Shown here: positions 1-9,000 of the stretch, one piece after another
Position numbering within the stretch: position 1 is the stretch's first letter
Layout of the letters: each line of letters starts with the position of its first letter
NCBI GenBank assembly: GCA_032718475.1
Contig: JAUCBJ010008151.1
Location: forward strand, 1 to 51,358
Reading direction: 5' to 3'
From: Nemertoderma westbladi
Taxonomy: Eukaryota; Animalia; Xenacoelomorpha
Length of the DNA: 51,358 nt
The notes under the pieces: generated by a model
The model's database searches: none
What the model saw: the letters and a program-made list of their open reading frames with translations, nothing else
Told to the model about the DNA's origin: nothing
Translations under genes and position numbers: made by a program

Positions 1-515
1 CCGATTTATCCGATGTGGTATTTAGTCCACGCGTCCCCGCCGTGTATAAGAGTGAAATAAAGATAACTGAGTTCTGAAGTTCGGTGTATAATAATAGGTT
101 ATAGGATATAGATATATTGTGAATTATACGGTAGGCGGGATACGGTAACTAAAGTCCCGTGATCCCCTAACTAAACTAATTGGCTGTACCCTACGCTAGC
201 ACTGCTGCACTGAGATAACTGAATCACTGATTAATAGGTTATTGGTTATATTGCACGGTGGCCTTACTGCTACTCAATCGATGCCATTCCCCCCTCTGAT
301 TGGTTAATACCCTTGTTGGCGCCCCGTGGAGTATTCCCGTTCACTCCACCTGTTCTCCTTGGGTTAGGGGTTTGGCCCCTGACCCTCTATTGTGTGCTTC
401 CTTCCCACTCTCATTGGGATGGCACGAGTTGGTTAATTGCCCAATCTCGTGGCTCCCAATATTGCTTATCGGCTAATAACTTTATGGGGTGTTGGCGGGA
501 TTGAATAAGCTAACA
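1..515 (-). repeat. 3' LTR of the BEL element (truncated by the window edge)
   Basis: Matches 13594-14108 with 2 substitutions seen (positions 230 and 448). Begins TGTTAG on the minus strand directly after the PPT. Confidence 0.95.
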
Positions 516-524
516 CTCCCCCCC
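516..524 (-). promoter_or_regulatory. Polypurine tract (GGGGGGGAG) priming plus-strand synthesis
   Basis: Purine run immediately 5' of the 3' LTR's TG on the minus strand. Confidence 0.85.
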
Positions 525-1222
525 ATGCTATCTTCCCGGTAAGGAAGATAGCATCAACCTAAAAGTGCGTTACAATCCCGCTGGATCCCGATCTAGTATC
601 GGGTGTGGGGTGGAATTCTTTTCTCTAGGAGCCGGCTTTCCAGGCCGCCCCCTATGGGTATGATAACGCTACCCTGTGTGCCTGGCGTCTCATGTCGGGC
701 CGATCGCGCTCACCTCTTCACGCGATTTTTGTTTCCCCAACATTTTCGCCCTATCTCACCTTCACTCTCACCCTAACTCTCTCATACCCCCGGACCTCCT
801 CGTCCCTCACTCAGCCTCTTATTCTCCCCCCCCACACTAGAATTGCGTTCGCACTCTCTCCGCACTTCGCACTCTTATTCCGATTCTCAACTCCACTTTG
901 ACTGTTTTATCTCTCCTGACGAACCTCCCCCCCCTCTCGTGCCGTCGCACTCAAGAAGCGTGAAATTGTCAGTTGTCTCGTCCATAGTGCCATAGTCAAT
1001 TGTCCCCCAGTCCCAGTAGCTAATTGAGAAAGGTTGTATGACTATAGTACTTACTCCAAACGTATGTATTTTACTGCTAATCACTACGTACGTACATACA
1101 AATTGCACTTATATAGTTATTTGCGTTAATTAAATTTATACTTAATAGTTCGTACGTTGCATGCGGCGCCTTCCAGGCGCACCACTTCCCAGTCTCAGTC
1201 TCATTCCCTCGTCTCCGGGAAC

Positions 1223-3703
1223 TTATCTGTTCCTCCTCACGTCCTCTTCCCTGGCCCGTTTCTTGGTTATCACCGCTCCTCTGGCATCATCCGCTTTCTG
1301 CTTCCGGACCTTCGCTGCCACTTCCTTGCTGATCCCGGTCGTCGGCTCCTTGGGCGCTGGTGTTATTAATGCCCGATACCGCTTCGCCGGTGGCCCCTCG
1401 GAATGGCCTGGTTGTTTCCCTCGTGTGGCGTCCCATAGGATCATCTTCATTGCCTTTGGTACGTGTTCCGCCAAGAAATCCCTAAACTCCCTCCGGTTCT
1501 CTGGTGTCCACCTGTCCAGGTACCGTTGCGTGTTCATAACTCCGGCGAACGATGCCGCCGTTGCTACCTCTTGATAGGTAAACGGTAACCTTCGCTTTAT
1601 GATTTCCATGTGGGTCTCCTGGTTTATGAGGAAGAAACCCCACTTGAACTCTTGGGCCTTCATGCGCTGGCGCGTCATGGCCCCGACGTCGGCCCACTCC
1701 TCGAACCTCGTGAACTTCTCCTCGTCGCTCATCCAGTCGCACTCGCGTCTGTAGTGTCCCCGAAAGTGGCACTTTGGACATCGGTTATGCAACCGTGGAC
1801 ACGCCCCCATCCTGTGACTTGGTTCTCTACAGTAGAGACAAAAGGTTCCCCGTTGGAACCGGTATAGGCAGCTGCTTTCCTGATGGGTCTGTCTCCCACA
1901 GTAGTCGCAGCCGAGTACCAATGTCTCCCGTCCCACCTCGTCCTTCGTCCCAAGCGATCTCCGCGGTCTATGGAGTCGCTGGTAGGCAAACTTCTCCACG
2001 TTGCTCTCCCTGTTTACGTCGATCTCTCCGCCCCTCTCGGGCATCGTCTCCCCGAATACTATCCGTGGTGCCGTCCCCGGTTGCTCGCCCAACCTGATGG
2101 TGCTCCCCGCGAAATCCATCGCCGGCCCCTCGTGCACCCAGGTCCGCTTGCCGGATCTGTTCCAGAAGGCCCTCGCCCCACTGGCCGTCACCACCCTTCC
2201 GCCAACCCAGTCCGTGTCCGAGTGGCCTATCCTTTCGATGGGCGGCATCTCTCCGAACTCGTCGTCGTCGTCCTCCTCTTCTGGTAGTGTCTCCAATCCC
2301 GGTATCCCGATGGATCCACTATGTCCCTTCCCGCCTTGGCTCTCGCCCGTAGCTCTCCATCCCTCTAGCTCCCTTAACTTCCTTGGCGGTTGGTCGCCCT
2401 CGGCGCCCGCTGGTATGGGCATCGCGTGCAACCCCGACGTCGACTGTTTCGGCGATCCCACCGTCCATCCCAATTCTCGTCCTAGAGACTCCCCCGAACT
2501 CCCTGACGAAGTCCAATGAAGCTCGTCTAGACCTGCCTGTTCCTCGAAGCCATAACTCTGTGTCCTGGCCTCCTCTTCCCTCTCCTCTGCTTCTATCCTC
2601 TCCCGTCTAGCGACTTCTTCCAGTCGCTTTGCTTCCCATCTATCCATCTCTAGCTGCTCCCATCTCTGATACGGTGTATCCGTCTCCCCATCTACCAGAT
2701 GTCGGCTGTTGTAGTACACCGACTCGCCCTTCAGCCCCGGGTGGTCTACCAGACCGTCAAAGGCTGTCTTAAAGGCTCTCCTGTAGCTTAGGGGTGATCC
2801 CGATAACAGAAATGCCCCTGGTTCCCTTTCGATAACTACGGTCATGAATAAGTTAAGTAAACTTATCATCATCCAGTCTTCCTGCAGGATATATCGCTTC
2901 TGATATACCTTTATCGCTCCTCTGCGAAACTGATATACCTCCTGCTTTCCCGGTCTCGCTCCCCACTTCAGCGAGTTCGCTAGTTCTGCTCCGTATTCTT
3001 CCCTAAACTTCCCCCAATCCATTGGTTTGTGGCATACGAGCCCCAATAATTGGCCCATCGCCACCGCCCCGCTTTGGCCTGAGTTCTCGACTACCCCCAA
3101 TCCATCCGGTGCCGTCATAGCCATAAAGACTTTCTGCATATCCAGGAGGTTGGTGGCGTCCGGACCGATGATCCTCTCCGCGTCCTCGCGAATCGCCGAT
3201 CCCACTTTCGTCGTCGACTTCTCTCTTACTAAGACTTGTACCGCTTTCGGCAATCGGTCTAATTTCGGCCCGTCCTTCTTCCCATACGTCCCTAGGTCGA
3301 ATAAGAAGATGTCCCCATTTGGCGCTGCCAAATGCAAGAGTATGGTCCTGGCCGACCCTGCCATTCCTCGTCTCGAACCCGCTTCGTCTTCCACGGTTCC
3401 CTCGTCATCTAGGATCATATATCCTCCTCTGTTGACGGACTCTATGAATCTTTTCCAGTCCTTCCTCGGCGATTCCCTCGGATACTTCGGAATCCCGAAC
3501 TTCGCTTCGTCCCCTTTCACCACGTAGTGGAAGTGTTGGAAGATCGCGTTGTCCAGCGACGGCGTCCCGTAGGTCCCGACCAACCGCTGTTCGTGCGCCT
3601 CCCGGAAGTGATCCTGCAGCGCTCGTGCCGCGTGACCCCTTTCCAACCTCTCGTAGTATCCTCTCGTCTTCTCCTCCGGGTGTCTTTCGGTGAAATCCAC
3701 CAA
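1223..3703 (-). CDS. Retrotransposon-borne accessory protein: DEDDy (WRN/EXD2/Mut-7-like) 3'-5' exonuclease domain, acidic linker, three CCHC zinc knuckles, basic tail
   Basis: ExoI-like YMILDDEG, then LLHLAAPNGDIFLFDL, LPKAVQVLV..TKVGSAIREDAE (ExoII), LLDMQ and YQKRYILQED (ExoIII-like). Knuckles CDYCGRQTHQESSC, CLYCREPSHRMGAC, CPKCHFRGHYRREC. The tracked start is TTG; an in-frame ATG lies at 3757 beyond one TAA. Confidence 0.8.
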   Translation of the reverse strand: MVDFTERHPEEKTRGYYERLERGHAARALQDHFREAHEQRLVGTYGTPSLDNAIFQHFHYVVKGDEAKFGIPKYPRESPRKDWKRFIESVNRGGYMILDDEGTVEDEAGSRRGMAGSARTILLHLAAPNGDIFLFDLGTYGKKDGPKLDRLPKAVQVLVREKSTTKVGSAIREDAERIIGPDATNLLDMQKVFMAMTAPDGLGVVENSGQSGAVAMGQLLGLVCHKPMDWGKFREEYGAELANSLKWGARPGKQEVYQFRRGAIKVYQKRYILQEDWMMISLLNLFMTVVIEREPGAFLLSGSPLSYRRAFKTAFDGLVDHPGLKGESVYYNSRHLVDGETDTPYQRWEQLEMDRWEAKRLEEVARRERIEAEEREEEARTQSYGFEEQAGLDELHWTSSGSSGESLGRELGWTVGSPKQSTSGLHAMPIPAGAEGDQPPRKLRELEGWRATGESQGGKGHSGSIGIPGLETLPEEEDDDDEFGEMPPIERIGHSDTDWVGGRVVTASGARAFWNRSGKRTWVHEGPAMDFAGSTIRLGEQPGTAPRIVFGETMPERGGEIDVNRESNVEKFAYQRLHRPRRSLGTKDEVGRETLVLGCDYCGRQTHQESSCLYRFQRGTFCLYCREPSHRMGACPRLHNRCPKCHFRGHYRRECDWMSDEEKFTRFEEWADVGAMTRQRMKAQEFKWGFFLINQETHMEIIKRRLPFTYQEVATAASFAGVMNTQRYLDRWTPENRREFRDFLAEHVPKAMKMILWDATRGKQPGHSEGPPAKRYRALITPAPKEPTTGISKEVAAKVRKQKADDARGAVITKKRAREEDVRRNR

Positions 3704-4261
3704 TATTTATTTTCCTCCTGACTCCGCCTTTCTCTTCCTGATCAGCTTACTCGCCATTCCGAACACTACACTCGCTCACCTGTAGGGTGGTGCCTTACCA
3801 AGGCGCAATACAGATGAGTGATGTATTAAGATGTTTCGTACAGTTCGATAATGGCCTACTTTTCTACTTAACTGCGCCTTTCAAGCTTAATTTAATCTAA
3901 TTAATTTCGGAGCTAGTAAATCAGCCTAATTTACAATTTCCGTCCGTTACTTTTATTATGTTCTAGAACGACTTTCCTTGTGTTACCACTATTTTTCGAT
4001 TTTTTAGCCCTATTCTATTTATTTATTTATTTGCTTTGATTCTACTGTCCTACTACTTACTACTGCCTATGGATTTATTCTATTCTCTCTCTGATCCATA
4101 TTCTGGCCTACTCAGTGGGCCTATGCAGTACAGCAGTATGCGTCGTGTGGCCACACGATTTATCCAGCTGCACTCATATGCCCCCCTCTCGCTACTAACT
4201 CTACTTACTGCTAACTAATATCTATATCCTATTTACCCCTTTTACCTCTTACTCTCTCTCT

Positions 4262-4948
4262 CTCTAACTAATGGTACTACGTACCCTCTAACTCTAACTC
4301 TAACTAGGTACTACGTACCTACTAACTCTCTAACTATCGGTACTACGTACCCTCTAACTCTAACTCTAACTAGGTACTACGTACCTACTAACTCTCTAAC
4401 TATCGGTACTACGTACCCTCTAACTCTAACTCTAACTAGGTACTACGTACCTACTAACTCTAACTCTAACTAGGTACTACGTACCTACTAACTCTCTAAC
4501 TACCGGTACTACGTACCCTCTAACTCTAACTAACTATTGGTACTACGTACCCTCTAACTCTAACTATCGGTACTACGTACCCTCTAACTCTAACTCTAAC
4601 TAGGTACTACGTACCTACTAACTCTCTAACTATCGGTACTACGTACCCTCTAACTAACTAACTAACTCTAGGTACTACGTGCCTACTAACTCTCTAACTC
4701 TAGGTACTACGTACCCTCTAACTCTAACTAACTATTGGTACTACGTGCCTACTAACTCTCTAACTCTAGGTACTACGTACCCTCTAACTCTAACTAACTA
4801 TTGGTACTACGTACCTACTAACTCTCTAACTCTAGGTACTACGTACCTTCTAACTCTAACTTTAGGCACTACGTACCTACTAACTAACTAACTAACTCTA
4901 ACTAACTAACTCTAGGTACTACGTACCTACTAACTAACTAACTAACTC
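4262..4948. repeat. Tandem array of ~20 GGTACTACGTACC palindromic cores separated by CTAA/CTAACT-rich linkers (period mostly 30-36 bp)
   Basis: Cores counted by eye from 4273 to 4915; followed by a (TTTTA)n tract at 4949-4981. Confidence 0.9.
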
Positions 4949-5061
4949 TTATTTTTTATTTTATTTTATTTTATTTTATTTGTGTGGGAAGGGCGTCTCG
5001 CCCTCAATCCCACCCCCCTCAGTCCAAAACTTGGACGACTAAACTCTACTCTAACTCTATA

Positions 5062-6061
5062 TTAAGGTGCCCCTTCAAGAAGACAGCATTTACCTACCGC
5101 TCTCCTGTAGGTTTTTCTGTCCTTCGCGTGTCCTGTCGTTTTTCTTTCCACCTATCCGCACTTCTACCGATCGGACTCTTCCGTCCTCGTCGGAGTAGGT
5201 GCCTACGACTCTCGCCAACCGCCACTGGTTGTTGATGATAGTGTCGTCCGTGACGATTACGAGATCTCCCTCTCTTAACTCCCTGTTCGGCTTCCTCCAC
5301 TTGCTTCGCTTATGGAGCGTGGGTAGGTATTCCTCTACCCACCTCCTCCAATACTCTGCGCTAATTGCTTTAGCTACTTTCCAACTTTGGCGGGAGTGTA
5401 TATCATCTGGGTCCACACCCCGCATATCGATGGTCGCTGGCCTTTCCATCAGAAAATGGCTAGGCGTCAGCACATCTAACGACTCAGGGTCATCATTCTC
5501 CGGATATAGCGGTCTGCTATTAATGATCCCCTCGCACTTCGCAAGTACCGTCCGTAAGACGTCTTCAGTGACCATGTGGGTGTTCATCAGCTTCGTCATT
5601 AGACGTTTTGAACTGCCCACCAGTCTTTCGACGCATCCTAGTGTATGTGGTGCATACGGCGTCCGTCTTTCCCACTTTACTTGTCGTCTCCTCATGGCCG
5701 CCCTGACTTCTTCTCCCTCCAAGATGTCTAAGGCCTCTGCCATCTCACTCTCTGCGCCCACAAAGTTGGTGCCGTTGTCGCTATATATCACTGCGATCGT
5801 CCCACCTTTGCGGTCCCTAAACCTTTCTAAGGCGTTAATGAACGCTGATGCGGTTGCATCTTGGGCGAGTTCTATCCCTACCGCCCGCGTATTGTTGCAT
5901 ACGAAGATAATACCGTAGCGTTTCTCCGTGTGTCGCATCACCTTGATCTTTATCGGCCCGAACATGTCCACACCGCAATGCGTAAATGGCGGGTCGTGCT
6001 GTCTTACCCTACTCGCCGGTAGTGGCGCCATCTCCTGTACGGCTCGCTCCTTCTTCGCTCG
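5062..6061 (-). CDS. Integrase catalytic core and C-terminal domain of BEL pol (in-frame continuation after the TGA at 6062-6064; probable 1-bp frameshift near the end)
   Basis: MAPLPASRV, PFTHCGVDMFGP, KRYGIIFVC, IYSDNGTNFVGAE, GCVERLV, LTPSHFL, WVEEYLPTL, GDLVIV, WRLARV, DGRVRSV. A shifted frame ends TYRRAVGKCCLLEGAP* at 5062. Confidence 0.9.
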
Positions 6062-9000
6062 TCAGCAGGTCTGGCACTGCCCCACTACCGCTTTCACCTT
6101 TTTCCTTAATTGTTTGACCCAATAGGTCCTTCTTATCTCTGTGAGGGTTCGGTTGGTGCCCCCATGCAGTATCGATTTGTGGGAGTCCCATATGATCTGG
6201 TGGACTATAGGCGATCCTGTGGGAATGATGATGGGTTTCGGTGGCACGACTATACTGTTGTTATATCCCACCCTAGAATTCATTACTAGGATCCCATCCT
6301 CGTTGAGTTGTGGCGACAGCGTGATCAACTCGCTATCCCGTCGGAGGTGCTGTTGGTTACCGACACGTTCCACCTCGTCGCCGTAGTTCTTGCGTTGTTC
6401 ATAGCGGATCACTGCCTTGGCCGCTCCTTCCAGATCTATGGTTGTCCTGGTCTTCTTGTCCTTGCCGACTCCCGCAAGGAAATTCCCAAAGGCTCTCCAG
6501 TACGCCACTAGTTTCTTGGTCTTATACCAACTAGAACTGTAGCTGAGGAGTTTATCCGTCGGGTTATCGCACAGTTCCCTTCCTGGTTGAACGTCCCTAA
6601 TCTCCCTCACCATCTGGGAGTATATCTCTTCTCCCTCTGAATCTCCCTCTCCTTCTGATACTGGTTCCGAGCCCGGGTCCACCTTCCTCATCGGCGGCCA
6701 GGCCTCCCTATCGCTCAGAAATTGTGGCCCATGTTGCCACAATACTTCCTTCTTCAGGAAAGTGTGGCGTTCCACGCCCCTCGACAGCAAGTCCGCTGGG
6801 TTCTCATCTGTTGAGCAGTAGTGCCACCTTTCCAGTTCTGTGCTCGCCCTTATTTCGTCCACTCTATTCGCGACGAATATCGGGTATCTCGTCTTTTCGT
6901 TGTGTAGCCAACCAAGCACTACCATGGAGTCCATCCAGTAGTGTGTCTCCACTATGTTGGGAATTGTATCCACTAGGTAGGCTGTGGCTCTAACTCCTAG
7001 TCTCGCAGCTGTCAATTCTAACTTGGGAACAGATGCTGAATCTGGCGGCGTTGACTTAGCTTTGCTAAAGGCTAGTCTGGGCTTGTGAGGCCCCTCTCGT
7101 TGTACTAAATAGAGTGCCGCTCCGTATGCCTCTAACGACGCGTCGGAGAACATATGTAAGTCCAGATTCGTCATGTTCCCGTCCGGAAAATACACTCGCG
7201 GCATGTTGTATGTTCCCATCCTCTCCAAGTCTCCTGTCCATTTGCTCCACTGTTTCTTGATGTCCTCTGGTACCTCTACATCCCACTCATCCTTCAATTT
7301 ATATACTCTCTTGAGTATCTGTTTCCCCGTGACTAGTAATGGGGATGCTAGGCCTAGGGGATCGTATATCCTTGCTATATACGATACATAACCCCTCTTC
7401 GTTTGGGTGTCTGCGCCCTCTTGGCTCAGCTGATACTTCAGTTCGTCTGTTCCTCTATCCCACACGATTCCCAATGCCTTTTGCTGCGATTGTGTTCTCT
7501 TATTCGCCATGTCCTGTCCTTTGGCTGTTGTAGGGTTATCCATGGTCGATCCTGGTTTCTTGTCTTCTATTTCCTTGATAAATTCTTCTGAACTGGATTG
7601 GAATTTGGTCAGGTTGAAGCCGGATCCTTTCAGGATGTCGCGAACCTCGCGCCCTGTTTCCAGTATCTCCTCAACCGTATTTCCAGACTCCATACCGTCG
7701 TCTACGTAGAAGCCGCGTCGGATCATATCGACGGCCCTACTGCTGTATCTATCTTCCTTCCCTTTTACCGTGTCTCTCACTGCCATAGTCGTCGTAAATG
7801 AGGACGACTTGGCCCCCATATTTTGTACTACCATCTTATACACTGGTATTACCGGCGGTTCTTCTTCGCCGTTATACCATAAGAAGCGTTGACTATCGCT
7901 ATCTTCCTCTGTTACTCGGACTTGGTTGAACATGCCTTCTATGTCACACGTGAAGGCGTGTTTCCCATTCCGAAACCTAAGTAACACCTCTATGCCCGAA
8001 TTGTAAATATTTGGGCCTTCCAACAGGTAATCGTTTAAGCATTTTCCGTCGGTCTTTGCCGATGCATCGACTACCATCCTCAGTTTACCTTTCTTTGGGT
8101 CTAATGCTACGTGGAGTGGCAGGTAGTATGTCCTGTCCGTATTCGGCTCGTCGACCGGTAACTCCACGGCCCATCCTTTCTCGACGTACTTCTTAATGGT
8201 TTTGTGAATGTACTCGTTCTTCTCGGGGCTCCGTTGTAGTGTTTGTTTCAGCTTGCGGAGTCTCGTGAGTACCATCCCTCTATTATCGGGTAGCGGTATC
8301 TTCGGTAGTTTCCATACCATTCCTATTGTATACCGCCCCTCATCACATGTCATCGATTCCTCCACACTTTGTAGAGCCTGCTTGTCTTCTACCGAGGTCC
8401 CGACCCCTGTATCTTTCAGTCCCTCGAAGTCTTGTCTGAGCAGTCTTTTAAGCTGCTCCTCTGCTCCCTCGTCACCCATTTCCTGCATTGTTCCCGCGAA
8501 CATGCATCCTGATGTCTCCGACATCCTGAATGGTATCTTGCTCTTAATTGGACCACTCAGCGTCCACCCGAATGGCGTTAATATGGCCACCGGGTCGCTC
8601 TGCTTGTCTTCGCCGAAGACCGTTTGCATTCTCTCGTGGGCCGTTGGGCAGTCCATGCCTACTATGATGGATACCTTCCTAACGTCCACGTCTGGGATTG
8701 AGAAGTCAATGTTGTCCAGGAATTTGTATTGCTCGACCTCGATGTTGGTTGGCCGCCTGGCATTGATGTTAATTGACTCTATTACTTGGATGGGGTCGAT
8801 GGTTGCCCCATAATCGCATCCTGGTGCCACTGCTGCAATTGCGCACTGTCCTGTCCTCATCTCTAGGATCTCGTCTTTGCTAGAGATGGTTGTCACCGCC
8901 ATCCTGCTTGGCCTCGTTCTCAACCCTATTTCTTCGGCTACCCATTCCTCAACTAATGTGAAGGCAGCTCCACTATCAACCAGCATTAGTGTTGTTACTG

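Noticed and set aside
313-504. 63-aa ORF duplicated at 13906-14097
   Set aside because: Lies in the LTRs, starts at TTG and has no recognisable features.
1223-3703. Env glycoprotein interpretation of the extra ORF
   Set aside because: No signal peptide, C-terminal transmembrane anchor or glycoprotein-like Cys pattern; the motifs fit an exonuclease plus zinc knuckles.
4262-4948. CRISPR-like repeat-spacer appearance
   Set aside because: The core is only 13 bp, the linkers are recurring CTAA variants rather than unique spacers, there are no cas genes, and the context is a eukaryotic retrotransposon.
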